Below, in pieces: positions 46,988 through 57,398 of a stretch of 64,000 nucleotides of DNA (position 1 is the first letter of the stretch; each line of letters opens with the position of its first letter). This stretch comes from Roseibacillus sp. (GTDB lineage: Bacteria > Verrucomicrobiota > Verrucomicrobiia > Verrucomicrobiales > Akkermansiaceae). The DNA is taken from contig JBPOGI010000002.1 of assembly GCA_051251855.1 (NCBI GenBank), positions 128,001-192,000 on the forward strand. The letters run 5' to 3'. The notes below the pieces were generated by a model. That model made no database searches and was not told the origin of the DNA. It was given only the letters and a program-made list of their open reading frames with translations. The translations under genes were made by a program, and so were the position numbers.

Positions 46988-47992
46988 TTAGAGGCCGGGG
47001 AGTTGGGACTTGGAGAGTTCTTCTTCGATGATGGCTTCGCAGAGTCGGATTTGTTCTTGGCGGCGTTGGCGGGCTTCGGCGGCGAGGACTTGAAGGCCGT
47101 CGACATCGTAGAGGTAGACCTCGTCGATCTCGCCGACTTTGGGGTCGATGTCGCGGGGGACGGCGATGTCGACCATGAGGAGGGGGCGGTATTTGCGTTT
47201 GCGGCGCACGTTTTCGATGTGCTCGGGCTTGATGACGTGGTGGGGAGCGCCGGTAGAGGAGATGATGATGTCGACTTTCTTGAGGGACTCCTCCCAGTCG
47301 TCGAAGCGGATGGCGCTGCCACCCATCTCTTCGGCGAGGAGGACGGCTTTGTCGTAGGAGCGGTTGGTAACGAACATGCTTTGGGCGCCGCGCGAGAGGA
47401 GGGATTGCGCGGTGGTACGGGACATTTCGCCGGCGCCGATGACCATGACTTGGGAATCCTTGAGGTGGCCGAAGATTTTCTCGGCGAGGTCGACGGCGAC
47501 GCTGCCGACAGAGGTTTGGCCTTCTTGGATGCCGGTGGAGTTGCGGACTTTCTTGCCGACGGTGAAGGCGCGCTGAAAGAGGCGGTTGAGGACGCCACCA
47601 GTGACGCCAGCTTCGAGAGCGGCGGCGTAGCCCTTCTTGACTTGGCCAAAGATTTCGGTTTCGCCGAGGACCATGGAGTTGAGCCCGCTGACGACGCGGC
47701 AGAGGTGGACGGCGGCTTCGCGAGCGTGCTTTTCGTAAAAGTGCTCGTCGGTGGTGACTCCGAAGCGTTCTTGCAGGTGATTGGCAAGGGAGGTGGCTGC
47801 TTCTTCGAGGGAGTCGGCGGCGAGATAGAACTCGGTGCGGTTGCAGGTGGAGATGACGACGCCTTCAGCGATGGAGTCGCCGTTGACGAGGGCGGTGGAT
47901 TCTTCACCGAGGTGGGTGTTGGCAATGGAGACCTTTTCACGCAGCTCGACGGGTGCGGTTTCGTGGTTGAGGCCGAGGCAGAAGAGTTTCAT
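46988..47992 (-). CDS. hemA: Glutamyl-tRNA reductase (short form)
   Basis: H.TAPVELRE, STCNRTE, GETEIFGQ, GAGEM, DIAVPRD. Confidence 0.93.
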   Translation of the reverse strand: MKLFCLGLNHETAPVELREKVSIANTHLGEESTALVNGDSIAEGVVISTCNRTEFYLAADSLEEAATSLANHLQERFGVTTDEHFYEKHAREAAVHLCRVVSGLNSMVLGETEIFGQVKKGYAAALEAGVTGGVLNRLFQRAFTVGKKVRNSTGIQEGQTSVGSVAVDLAEKIFGHLKDSQVMVIGAGEMSRTTAQSLLSRGAQSMFVTNRSYDKAVLLAEEMGGSAIRFDDWEESLKKVDIIISSTGAPHHVIKPEHIENVRRKRKYRPLLMVDIAVPRDIDPKVGEIDEVYLYDVDGLQVLAAEARQRRQEQIRLCEAIIEEELSKSQLPGL

Positions 47993-48001
47993 CGTGGGTG
48001 A

Positions 48002-48769
48002 TTAGATGAGGCCAAAGGCGAGCAGGGAGGCGATGAAGAGGAAGAGGGAGGAGAAGGCGAGTTTACGTGGCGGGAGGCCGCGGATGTAGGCAATGCCGAC
48101 GAGGATGGCGTAGGCAATCCAGACGAGTGAGGCGATGATGAGGTGTTGGTTGACCTCGACATTAGGGGCGAGGAAACCACCGATGATACCGATGGTGAGG
48201 ATGGCGAGGCCAATGAGGAGGAGGCGCTTGGTTGAGTCGATGAGGTTGTGGACGGAGGGGAGGTTGTTGAAGAGGCCACCTGTGAGCTTTTTCTCTTTGA
48301 GAAGATTGTCGAGAATGACGAACATGATGCCGGAGACGGCAGCAAGGGTGAGGGCTCCAAATGATAGAACGGAAAGGGCGGCATGGGATTCGCGCCAAGC
48401 ATTGGTATTGGCGACGTGCTCGGGGTTTTGGGTCATGAGCTCGGGGATGAGCGCGATCAGCTGGAGAACGACAACGACGGGGGCGGTGAAGAGGCCAAGG
48501 AGGGAGAGGCGGTAGGTGGGGCCGACGACGAGGTAAAAGAGGACGAGTGACCACGAGAGGAAGGCGAGGATTTCGCCGGGGTCGGAGAGGGGGCAGGCTC
48601 CGCGCATTTCGCCGCGGAGGCCGAGAGCCATGAGCTGGATGACGAAAGTGAGACCGAGAAGGGGCAAGGTGAGACGACTGCGATGGCCGCTGGTGAGCGA
48701 CTTCCACGCATTGTAGGCCGCGAAGGCGGCGAAGGCGGTTGCGAGGGCTAGGAGCCAGCGTTCAGTCAT
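48002..48769 (-). CDS. Cytochrome c assembly protein family (CcsA/HemX-like) membrane protein
   Basis: About 8 TM helices with a conserved His, directly upstream of hemA. Confidence 0.7.
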   Translation of the reverse strand: MTERWLLALATAFAAFAAYNAWKSLTSGHRSRLTLPLLGLTFVIQLMALGLRGEMRGACPLSDPGEILAFLSWSLVLFYLVVGPTYRLSLLGLFTAPVVVVLQLIALIPELMTQNPEHVANTNAWRESHAALSVLSFGALTLAAVSGIMFVILDNLLKEKKLTGGLFNNLPSVHNLIDSTKRLLLIGLAILTIGIIGGFLAPNVEVNQHLIIASLVWIAYAILVGIAYIRGLPPRKLAFSSLFLFIASLLAFGLI

Positions 48770-48797
48770 AGGGGTGGAGGTTTATTGAAGTGCTGGC

Positions 48798-49016
48798 TTA
48801 ATCACCGGTGCGATGACCTACAGAATCATAGAAGGCGTGTCGACTTGCTTCGCGGGGAGATTTGCCGTCCCGTTCATATTGTTTGGCCCGTCGTTCTCGC
48901 TGTCGATCCTCTCTAGAACCAAAGAGATCGTCGGAAATCATCTCAATCATCACTCCGCAGCTTGAGAGGGTGAGGGTTATGATAGAAATGCTGGCGAAGG
49001 AGAGGACTTTTTTCAT
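48798..49016 (-). CDS. Small lipoprotein
   Basis: MKK...LSSC lipobox. Confidence 0.7.
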   Translation of the reverse strand: MKKVLSFASISIITLTLSSCGVMIEMISDDLFGSREDRQRERRAKQYERDGKSPREASRHAFYDSVGHRTGD

Positions 49017-49114
49017 TCGAACGACTGGGTGGAAGCTACCATGGATGAAAGGAGGTCGCAACTGCCTCGAAGTTGGGAGAAATTGGAGTTTGGTTTCAGA
49101 ATTAACGGTTCAAA

Positions 49115-49309
49115 TTATTGTAGGGTGGGTTTTCCTTCGGTGCGATAATAGGAGCGGCGCTCTTGTTTTTCGCGGGATTCTGGGTAGCTCGTTTCGTCGT
49201 CGTCATCGCCGGAAAAAATGCCGCCGATGATGGATTCGGCGATAGCGCCGCAGCTGGTAAGTGAAGCTGTCAAGACGAGGAGGCTGGCGAGGAGAGAGAG
49301 CTTTTTCAT
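49115..49309 (-). CDS. Small lipoprotein
   Basis: MKK...LTSC lipobox. Confidence 0.75.
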   Translation of the reverse strand: MKKLSLLASLLVLTASLTSCGAIAESIIGGIFSGDDDDETSYPESREKQERRSYYRTEGKPTLQ

Positions 49310-49375
49310 CGATTTTCGGTGAGGAGGCTAGCAAGAGCGATGGTTGAGTGCAATAAGACCTTGTGGGGTCTGCTG

Positions 49376-50263
49376 TTAGGAAGAGGCCACGGTTATCTTA
49401 CTTGCTAGGGTGTGGCTAGCTCCGGGGGCGAGAATGCGGGTGTCGTGGCGCGCGTTCGTGGCCTCAACGCAGACGAAGTCGCGAAAGGCCTCGTTGGGAA
49501 GGTCGGAGAGGGCGGAAGCTTTTTCGAGCCAAGGATTCCAGATGACGGTGGAGAGGGAGCCTTCTTTGCTAACGGTGATGATGCGGTTCCAAGAGGGGTC
49601 GTGAAGGATGACGGGGTTGGGGGTGTCGTAGTAAATACGGTCGACCTCGTTGGTAATGGTGAGGGCGTCTTCGTCTTGGGTCGTGGTCGTTTCTGGCGAG
49701 GTGGTGGTGTCGAGGAAGGGAGTGTGCTGAAGGCCTGCGAGGGTGATGTTGTCGATGTTTGAGAGGGCAAGGTAGGTGTGAAGTGCTCCTCCGACGGGGA
49801 TGTCCTCCTGCGACAGATTGGTGGTTTCGAGGGAGACGGTGGCGCATTTCCCCAAGGTGAAAATGGCTTTGAGTAAAAAGGGAAAAGGAACGTGCTCGGC
49901 GACGGCTAAAGACGGGGGAAGGGTGAGGATGATTTCGGCGACGTCGTCTTCAACGAGGGCGGATTCGAGGGTCCAAAAGCGATTGCGTGCCACGCCGTGT
50001 GAAGGATGTTGGTCGGGGGCTGAGGGATGAGCATTGAACCAAGGCCAGCAGAGAGGGATTCCCCCTCGGATAGCTTTGCCCTCGCGGTAAACCGCAGTGG
50101 GTGATGTGTAGAGAACAGGTTGCGTGGTGTGGCTGGGCTGCCAGTGGGTGAGGTGGGCTCCGTGGAGGGCTAGGGTGGCAGAACAGTGAACGGTTTCGAC
50201 TTCGAGGGCGGGGTAGCCGTCGGAGAGTTCGATGTGTCTAATTCCAACGGGCAGAGGGCTCAT
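49376..50263 (-). CDS. D-hexose-6-phosphate mutarotase (YeaD-like)
   Basis: AIRGGIPLCWPWF, HG.AR, ALHTY, EVDRIY, WNPW, FVCVE. Confidence 0.9.
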   Translation of the reverse strand: MSPLPVGIRHIELSDGYPALEVETVHCSATLALHGAHLTHWQPSHTTQPVLYTSPTAVYREGKAIRGGIPLCWPWFNAHPSAPDQHPSHGVARNRFWTLESALVEDDVAEIILTLPPSLAVAEHVPFPFLLKAIFTLGKCATVSLETTNLSQEDIPVGGALHTYLALSNIDNITLAGLQHTPFLDTTTSPETTTTQDEDALTITNEVDRIYYDTPNPVILHDPSWNRIITVSKEGSLSTVIWNPWLEKASALSDLPNEAFRDFVCVEATNARHDTRILAPGASHTLASKITVASS

Positions 50264-50532
50264 CCTCGTTAGAATAACGCCCATCCCCCAATATTCAATA
50301 GCAGAGGGTTGAGTGGAGAGCGGATTGATTATCAATGGTTTTCGGGATTCCGGAGGTTCCGGTTACCATTCTCTTGGCATTGCATCCCTTTAAAATATTG
50401 TTAATAACGAGTGAAAAATACCCTTTTAGGCTTGCGGAGTGGTCTCCAAGAAAACTAACGTTTTCCCGATTCCCTAACCCTGATTACATTAAATTGCATT
50501 TCCAGGCCCGGGAGAACGCATTTTAAAAGTAT

Positions 50533-51171
50533 ATGAAAACTTCGCTCAAATTCAGTCAGTTATCGATTAGTATTGTCTTGCTCGTTGCCGCTTCGAGTGG
50601 CGCATCTGCAGCCGTGATGGAGCTGGGAACCAATGGGGATTTTGAAACAGGAACCACTACGGGCTGGTCCGACTTCACCTTTGGCACTCAGACCTTTGGG
50701 GTGGTGTCCGATTCCTTTGCAGGAACTTCTGCAGGTAAAGTTGAGAACGGGGACTCAGCGACTCCAGGGATCATCAAGCAGGCGAATTTGGGAATTGGAG
50801 TGGTCAATCCGGGGGACACCATCACGATTTCATTCTATGCCAAAGGGGAAGGCCTCAATGGAGGGGTCCAATTCGCTGAGTTTTTCTCCGAGACTGCTGG
50901 AGGAGGGGTCTCAAAATCTGAAATCCTTGGAGGAGCCCCTCTCTTCGCTAATGGCACTTATGCCCTGTATGAGTTCACAACCACGGCGGGAGCAGACGTG
51001 TCTGGCGGGGTAACCTTACAATTTGGCGCTACGACCGGTGCGGCAGCAGGGAGTTTCGCAAGCCTTACCGTAGATAATGTTTCGGTTTCGGTGGATGTCA
51101 TTCCGGAACCCAGTTCAACGATGTTGTTGGCTTTGCCTCTTCTTGGCTTCGTCGCGCGTCGCCGGAGATAG
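50533..51171 (+). CDS. PEP-CTERM protein with CBM-like domain
   Basis: Signal peptide, NGDFETG, C-terminal VIPEPSS-TM-RRRR. Confidence 0.92.
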   Translation: MKTSLKFSQLSISIVLLVAASSGASAAVMELGTNGDFETGTTTGWSDFTFGTQTFGVVSDSFAGTSAGKVENGDSATPGIIKQANLGIGVVNPGDTITISFYAKGEGLNGGVQFAEFFSETAGGGVSKSEILGGAPLFANGTYALYEFTTTAGADVSGGVTLQFGATTGAAAGSFASLTVDNVSVSVDVIPEPSSTMLLALPLLGFVARRRR

Positions 51172-51202
51172 TTTCTTTCGGTAGCTCAATGCTAATTTTT
51201 AG

Positions 51203-51236
51203 AGGCCGCAGATTCGAAAGAATCTGTGGCCTTTTT
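51203..51236 (+). terminator. Intrinsic terminator
   Basis: AGGCCGCAGATTC-GAAA-GAATCTGTGGCCT followed by Ts. Confidence 0.85.
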
Positions 51237-51327
51237 GCTTGAGGGTGCTTGGTATGAGCTGGACCGTAACCTTGAGATGAGTAAAATTTTGGTGCCCAAT
51301 TGGGATGGGATGTGTTCTCTTCGCGGT

Positions 51328-51852
51328 ATGGCCGATTTGAACCAGATAGCTGCAGCAGTGCGCGATGTGCCCGACTTTCCGAAGCCCGGAATTCTCTTTA
51401 AGGATATCACGCCCGTGTTGGCTGACCCTGCTTTATTCCAAGGCTGTATGTCTCTTCTTGCTGAGACGGCGGGTGGGCAGAAGATTGACAAGGTGGTGGG
51501 CATTGACGCTCGGGGATTTATTTTCGCGGCGGGGGTAGCTCAGAACTTGGATGCGGGTTTTGTGCCGGTTCGGAAGGCCGGTAAGTTGCCTTGGACTACG
51601 CATAAGATGGCTTATACCCTCGAGTATGGCGAAAGTGTGGTCGAAATTCACCAAGATGCCGTAAAGGCAGGTGAGAAGATTCTTCTTGTTGACGACTTGC
51701 TCGCTACAGGTGGGACAGCGGCGGCGGCAATCAAGCTTCTTCGTGCCTTAGAGGCCGATATTGTGGCGGTCGCTTTCCTGATTGAGTTAGAAGGCCTTAA
51801 GGGCCGCGATAAACTCGGTTCAGTTCCCATTCATTCACTTCTCAAATATTAA
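51328..51852 (+). CDS. apt: Adenine phosphoribosyltransferase
   Basis: PDFPKPGILFKDI, RKAGKLP, VDDLLATGGT. Confidence 0.95.
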   Translation: MADLNQIAAAVRDVPDFPKPGILFKDITPVLADPALFQGCMSLLAETAGGQKIDKVVGIDARGFIFAAGVAQNLDAGFVPVRKAGKLPWTTHKMAYTLEYGESVVEIHQDAVKAGEKILLVDDLLATGGTAAAAIKLLRALEADIVAVAFLIELEGLKGRDKLGSVPIHSLLKY

Positions 51853-51858
51853 AAAACG

Positions 51859-53403
51859 ATGTCTTTCGAAAACTATAGTCAGAGCCTCCTTCGTTATCCT
51901 GAACTTGGATTTACTCTTGATTTGTCCCGAATGGATATCGGGTCAGGATTCCGCGACGAAATGAGCGCGAAGGTCTCAAAAGCTTTTGCTGATATGAAAG
52001 CGCTGGAGGCCGGCGAAATTGCGAATCCAGATGAGGGCCGTATGGTCGGCCACTACTGGTTGCGTAATCCTGCTCTTGCTCCTAATGAACAACTGCGTAA
52101 AGAGATCGTGGAGCCGATTGCAGATTTGAAGGCGTTCGCTGCCAAAGTTCACGAGGGCGAGGTGAAGGCTCCAGGAGGGTCTCACTTTCAGAATATTCTC
52201 ATTATTGGAATCGGTGGTTCGGCCTTGGGTCCTCAATTCATCGAAGCGGCCTTGGGAGCGGCGTCACCAGTGAAGACCTTCTTCTTCGATAACACGGATC
52301 CCGCAGGGATGGATCAGACTTTGGAAGAGATTGGGACGGACCTCGATAAGACACTTTCTTTAGTGATTTCGAAATCGGGAGGAACTCCTGAGACGCGAAA
52401 CGGGATGCTGGAGGCAAAGGCAGCGTACGAGAGCCATGGTCTTAAGTTTGCGGAGCATGCGGTCGCGATTACGGGAGAAGGTTCCAAGCTTTTCAACTTT
52501 GCTCAGAGCGAGGGCTTCGTGGAAATTTTTCCAATGGAAGACTGGGTAGGTGGCAGAACTTCGGTGATGTCGACTGTGGGTCTAGTGCCGATGGCGCTGC
52601 AGGGAATCGATATCGATGACTTGTTAGAGGGGGCTGCGGCAATGGATGCGCTGACACGTCAAGAGTCTGACAACGCGGCGATGGAGCTCGCTTTGGCTTG
52701 GTATCATGAGGGGGACGGTAAGGGTGAAAAAGACATGGTCGTTCTGCCTTACAAGGACTCGTTGATGCTGATGTCAAAATACCTCCAACAGCTAGTGATG
52801 GAGTCTTTGGGTAAGGAGTTGGACCTGGATGGAAATGTCGTTCACCAAGGTATCGCGGTTTATGGCAACAAGGGATCCACCGACCAGCACGCCTACGTGC
52901 AACAATTGCGCGATGGAGTGCATAACTTTTTCGCGACCTTCATTGAGGTGCGTAAACCTCGTGAAGGTGAGTCTATCGAGGTGGAAGAAGGAGTGACTTC
53001 TGGTGATTTTTTGCAGGGTTTCCTGCGGGGAACACGGAGTGCGCTCTATGATAATGGGCGTCGGTCGGTAACGATTTCGATTCCTGAGGTCTCTCCGCAC
53101 ACAGTGGGGCAGTTGATTGGACTCTTCGAGCGTGCGGTCAGCTTCTATGCCTCGCTGGTGAACATCAATGCCTACCACCAACCGGGAGTGGAAGCAGGTA
53201 AGGCTGCGGCAGGGGTCTTTTTGGACCTTTTGAAAAAGGTAAGTGCTGCTCTAGCTGATGAACCTGCGACCGCTGGTGATATCGCCGCTGCGACAGGAGG
53301 AGATCCAGAGGCGGTCTATCATTGTCTCACTCATCTGGCAGCGAGTGGAAAAGCGCGTCAGGTGATGGGGGCGCAGGCTCACCTCGATCAGTTTGCGAAG
53401 TAG
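51859..53403 (+). CDS. pgi: Glucose-6-phosphate isomerase
   Basis: [41 protein letters not shown]. Confidence 0.95.
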   Translation: MSFENYSQSLLRYPELGFTLDLSRMDIGSGFRDEMSAKVSKAFADMKALEAGEIANPDEGRMVGHYWLRNPALAPNEQLRKEIVEPIADLKAFAAKVHEGEVKAPGGSHFQNILIIGIGGSALGPQFIEAALGAASPVKTFFFDNTDPAGMDQTLEEIGTDLDKTLSLVISKSGGTPETRNGMLEAKAAYESHGLKFAEHAVAITGEGSKLFNFAQSEGFVEIFPMEDWVGGRTSVMSTVGLVPMALQGIDIDDLLEGAAAMDALTRQESDNAAMELALAWYHEGDGKGEKDMVVLPYKDSLMLMSKYLQQLVMESLGKELDLDGNVVHQGIAVYGNKGSTDQHAYVQQLRDGVHNFFATFIEVRKPREGESIEVEEGVTSGDFLQGFLRGTRSALYDNGRRSVTISIPEVSPHTVGQLIGLFERAVSFYASLVNINAYHQPGVEAGKAAAGVFLDLLKKVSAALADEPATAGDIAAATGGDPEAVYHCLTHLAASGKARQVMGAQAHLDQFAK

Positions 53404-53415
53404 AGCGTTCTTAAG

Positions 53416-53868
53416 ATGAAGACGAGTTTAGCCTTTCTTCTATTAGGTTTTTTGCTGTGTTCGTGTGGGTCGATGGAGCGCGCGGGTTTGGTGATGCCAA
53501 AGCCGCAGACGACGGAGCATATGGAGGTGGTAGATGCGGGTTTCGTTCTCAAGCCTAGTTCGCGAATCGTGGTGCTTTCTGTCGAGGTGGAAGTGAAAGA
53601 GCCACCGAGCGAAGCGAACTATTTGCGAGTGAGCTTTCCCGATACGACGACGAGGTTTTTTCGCGAAACGAAGACGATTGCCTTAGGTGAGAGCCCACAT
53701 CGGGTTCGCTCTTCTGCGCTGAAAGACCTCGAGTATCTCGATGCCTATCCGGTTCGGGTTCAGCTTTGCCAAGATCGGGCGGGAAAGACGGTGATTGAGG
53801 AGTTGATCCAAAACGTGCGCTTTGAGGTGCCTCCCTCTGCCTTGGAGAAAATGGGAGTTAGTCTCTGA
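53416..53868 (+). CDS. Hypothetical lipoprotein
   Basis: LCSC lipobox. Confidence 0.65.
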   Translation: MKTSLAFLLLGFLLCSCGSMERAGLVMPKPQTTEHMEVVDAGFVLKPSSRIVVLSVEVEVKEPPSEANYLRVSFPDTTTRFFRETKTIALGESPHRVRSSALKDLEYLDAYPVRVQLCQDRAGKTVIEELIQNVRFEVPPSALEKMGVSL

Positions 53869-54607
53869 GCTTTGGCTCGTCTCTTTTTCTCTTGGGCTTG
53901 TCTTGCCTGTCTTCTTTCCGAAGATGACCTTTTTGGCGTTCTTCTGAAGAGATAAAGCCATCGCTATCCTGGTCCATCGCTTCAAAGCGGTCTTCAACTT
54001 CGTCTTCGGAGACCCCTTTGTGGAAAGGAGCGTTTTGGAACTCGGAGAATGAAATTTTGCCATCTTCATCGGAATCAAGATCGGCATGGGGAGGAGGGCC
54101 TTGAGGTCTTCTCTCGGGTCGCGGTCCTTTTCCGCGAGGGATATCGGCTTCGCTGAGGATTCCGTCACTGTTTTGATCAAGACGGTCGAAGAGCTTTCGG
54201 CGCATTTCTTCATTGAGTCGTTGAACTCGCGGTTGTTGACTGAATTGTTCAAAATTGACAGGTCCCTTCTGAAGCCAACCAGGCTTTTCGCCAGGTCTCA
54301 TTCCTTTGGGTGGCTTCAGTTCTTCAGGCTTGATTGAGCCGTCGCCGTCTTTATCCAAGCGCTCGAAAAGGATGACTTGCTGTTCCGGAGTCGCGCGTTC
54401 GAGTCGAGGATTCGCGGCAAATTCCTCCTGGCTGACGGCTCCATCTTCGTTCGTATCGAGCCGCGAAAAAAACTGGGCCGCAAACTCACTGCCACGGAAC
54501 CCCTTATCTCGGCCCTTTTTCTTGTCTTTCTCAGGCTCCGCGGCCGCTCCTGCAGCAAAAAGGAGAGTCAGAGCTGAGCCGGTCAAAATACGTTTCATCA
54601 CGGCCAT
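53858..54607 (-). CDS. Secreted EF-hand protein
   Basis: Signal peptide; five DxNxDG/DxDxDG...E loops. Confidence 0.85.
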   Translation of the reverse strand: MAVMKRILTGSALTLLFAAGAAAEPEKDKKKGRDKGFRGSEFAAQFFSRLDTNEDGAVSQEEFAANPRLERATPEQQVILFERLDKDGDGSIKPEELKPPKGMRPGEKPGWLQKGPVNFEQFSQQPRVQRLNEEMRRKLFDRLDQNSDGILSEADIPRGKGPRPERRPQGPPPHADLDSDEDGKISFSEFQNAPFHKGVSEDEVEDRFEAMDQDSDGFISSEERQKGHLRKEDRQDKPKRKRDEPKLRD

Positions 54608-54684
54608 GGAACCCGTGTTGGGCTAAAAAGTCGCGTTTTTTCTTATCGGTTGTTTTTTAGGGCTATTTAAGGGAAACTCTGGCT

Positions 54685-55563
54685 GTGCATATTCGTAATT
54701 TGCTGGCGACAAACCAGCCCTCTATCTCTTTCGAATTTTTTCCGCCGAAGACGCCCAAAGGGGCAGAGGCTCTATTTGAGGTTATTCAAGAGCTGGCGGG
54801 TATGAATCCGTCATTTGTCAGCGTTACTTATGGCGCTGGAGGAACGACGCGGGACCTGACGCATGAACTTGTGGTCAAAATTCTGAGTGAGACTTCCATT
54901 CCTGCAGTTCCTCATTTGACCTGCGTTCTGCACACTCGTGCTGAAATTCAGGATATTCTCGAGCGATACGCCGCAGCGGGGGTCGGTAATATTTTGGCTT
55001 TGAGAGGAGACCCACCCCAGAACCAGCCAGACTATTGCCGTTCAAAAGATGATTTCCCCTACGCGGGAGACTTGGTTCGCTTTATCGCTGAATTTAATCA
55101 GCAATCTGTGTCTCCGGACTTTGGAATTGGGATCGCGGGATTTCCCGAAGGACATCCCGAGACGCCCAACCGTCTCAAGGAGATGGATTATTTTAAAGCG
55201 AAGGTGGACGAGGGCGCGGATTACATTTGTACCCAGCTGTTTTTCGATAATCATGACCTTTTGGATTTTCGAGATCGGTGTTCTTTGGCGGGGATTGATA
55301 TACCCATCATCGCGGGAGTCATGCCGGTGACTTCGCGGAAGGGTATGGTCAGAATGGCTGAACTGGCGGCCGGGGCACGCTTCCCAGCTAAGTTACAGTC
55401 GCTCCTTGGGACTGAAGGTGATGATAATATCACCGAACTAGGAATCGATTTTGCTGCGGAGCAGTGCAAGGAATTACTAAAGGAAGGTATCCCGGGAATT
55501 CACTTCTATACCTTGAACAAGAGTCAGGCGACCCGCGAGGTTGTGAAGCGCCTTGAGCTTTGA
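54685..55563 (+). CDS. metF: Methylenetetrahydrofolate reductase
   Basis: SFEFFPPK, SVTYGAGG, HLTC, ALRGD, TQLFFD, HFYTLN. Confidence 0.95.
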   Translation: MHIRNLLATNQPSISFEFFPPKTPKGAEALFEVIQELAGMNPSFVSVTYGAGGTTRDLTHELVVKILSETSIPAVPHLTCVLHTRAEIQDILERYAAAGVGNILALRGDPPQNQPDYCRSKDDFPYAGDLVRFIAEFNQQSVSPDFGIGIAGFPEGHPETPNRLKEMDYFKAKVDEGADYICTQLFFDNHDLLDFRDRCSLAGIDIPIIAGVMPVTSRKGMVRMAELAAGARFPAKLQSLLGTEGDDNITELGIDFAAEQCKELLKEGIPGIHFYTLNKSQATREVVKRLEL

Positions 55564-55595
55564 TGCTAAGGCTACTTGTCGACTCGCAAGTGACG

Positions 55596-57281
55596 TTATT
55601 CGTCTTCGGCAGCTTCGTTCAAAGTTTGTTCCCACTGACCGCTCAGTCGTTTTGTGGTCTCTTGGACAAGGTCACGCAGGTTAATCTTGATCCACTGGAG
55701 GTCGGTATTGTCTTCGTGCGGCGAGACGCTTGGTAGTGGGGGCGCTTCTTTGAAAGCTGTCGTGGGAACTGCCAATTCTAATCCGCCTTCTACGACATAT
55801 GGAAAACGGAATATCCGGCGCGGGGTGAGATCGAGCCTCTTTTTGAGAAGCTCGTCGCCTTTTGAGTCTTTGGTGAAGTAGTAGAGTTCTTGCGGAGGAT
55901 TGGCAAATTGAAGGGTTTGATACTTGCGAAGAATACTTGTCGCGTAGATCGCTTGGTCTTCGAGACTCATCTGGGAGCTCGTGGGAGCACCAATGGTTTC
56001 GGAGGTGTTCTGGGAGTCTTCATCGAGACTATAGGTTTTTTCTTCCAGTTCTTCCTTGGTGGTCGGTCGGGCTTCAAAGCTTCCTCGCAAGCGAGCCACC
56101 GTTTGGGCTGTTTCGGCATCTTGAGAAGAGAGTTCGACCTTCGAAAAGCTAAGAGTGTTTCCTTGGGTGTTGAGTTCGAAGGAACCTTCATTGAACAGGA
56201 CTTTGCGATAAGAGCGTTGGGGATCTAGGTGACTTAACATTCTTAGGAGAACCAGTTCTTTGGTAAGAATGATTCCTTCTTTTCCGTGGGGTTGCCCTGA
56301 AATTTGGTAGCAGATGCCATCGGAGTCGTTGGTGGAACCTGAGGCGGATGCCTTTCCTGAAATCGTGCCGTTAACAAAAGAGAGGAGGCCACGAGGCAGA
56401 AAAGCGGAGAGCGGTATCGCAGTGAAGTGACCGTTGACTTGGAAGATGGGACGGGCACCGCCTGTGACCATCTCGCCGCTCCATTGAAAGGTTCCTTCGT
56501 CAATGGTCAGGGTAGCATCAGTGATTTTTAGACCACCATCCTTTTTTAATTCGACCGACATGGACTCAATCTCGAAGTCTCTGAAAATGCCTTGGGAGAA
56601 GGTCCCGCCGCGGAACTTGAGCTCCCAGCCTTCGGAAGAGCGGAGGGCCGTCAGCGAGGAGTCCTTGATGGCACCCCAAGTTGCGGGGCTACTGTAGCCC
56701 CAAGTGAGGTTGGTCTTAGTGACGACGAGCTTAGAAAAGGTGAAGTTCGGGCTGTCAAAGAAGAGGGAGTTCCAAGAGTTTTGCGCCCGTTCGTCACTCG
56801 CTTCGCCTGCTTTGAGGGCGATTTTCAATTCCACGATATTGATGCTTTTTGCATCCCAAGCTCCGAAGAGTCCGCTAGCGGGTTCCATTGGAAGCTGAAT
56901 GCCACGAGCTTCCAGGTGGTTGTAGAAAGTGTTGTCGCCTCCTATGACCATAATCTGTTTGTAGTTACCAGAGGCGAGATCCCGTTCGAAACCTACCGCA
57001 GTCAATTCTTCAGCCCCGAGGGTTTTTGAGAGGCTTTTCTCCAATTGCTTGGGTAAGTCGTCGCCGGTGACTTTCCAGAGAAGAAATCCTCCGTAACAGA
57101 TTAGGGATAAAAGGGACAAGAGCAGAACTGAAATGGTGAATCGAACGATAGACCCGATGATAGGAGGCTTTCCGCCTAGACCGGTTCCACCATGGGTGAG
57201 CTGGAAGATAAGCCCCTGTTTGGAGATCCAGTCGTTCATGCGGCTGTTAAATTCAGCCAGTCTTTCTTCGGATAATTTCAT
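55596..57281 (-). CDS. Hypothetical membrane-anchored beta-rich (AsmA-like) protein
   Basis: Single N-terminal TM helix followed by a long beta-strand-rich region. Confidence 0.6.
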   Translation of the reverse strand: MKLSEERLAEFNSRMNDWISKQGLIFQLTHGGTGLGGKPPIIGSIVRFTISVLLLSLLSLICYGGFLLWKVTGDDLPKQLEKSLSKTLGAEELTAVGFERDLASGNYKQIMVIGGDNTFYNHLEARGIQLPMEPASGLFGAWDAKSINIVELKIALKAGEASDERAQNSWNSLFFDSPNFTFSKLVVTKTNLTWGYSSPATWGAIKDSSLTALRSSEGWELKFRGGTFSQGIFRDFEIESMSVELKKDGGLKITDATLTIDEGTFQWSGEMVTGGARPIFQVNGHFTAIPLSAFLPRGLLSFVNGTISGKASASGSTNDSDGICYQISGQPHGKEGIILTKELVLLRMLSHLDPQRSYRKVLFNEGSFELNTQGNTLSFSKVELSSQDAETAQTVARLRGSFEARPTTKEELEEKTYSLDEDSQNTSETIGAPTSSQMSLEDQAIYATSILRKYQTLQFANPPQELYYFTKDSKGDELLKKRLDLTPRRIFRFPYVVEGGLELAVPTTAFKEAPPLPSVSPHEDNTDLQWIKINLRDLVQETTKRLSGQWEQTLNEAAEDE

Positions 57282-57398
57282 GCGCTCCTCGCGCCTGAGG
57301 CGATAGCCTCCAATCGGCTGATTGCCAACAAACAAATTATCCTCTCTTTGCGGAGAATTTCCCTCGCACCCTGGCCCTGCCTCCCTTAACAAAGCGCA

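Noticed and set aside
46988..47992. Truncated hemA pseudogene
   Set aside because: Catalytic and NADPH-binding motifs are intact; short HemA forms lacking most of the dimerisation region occur naturally.
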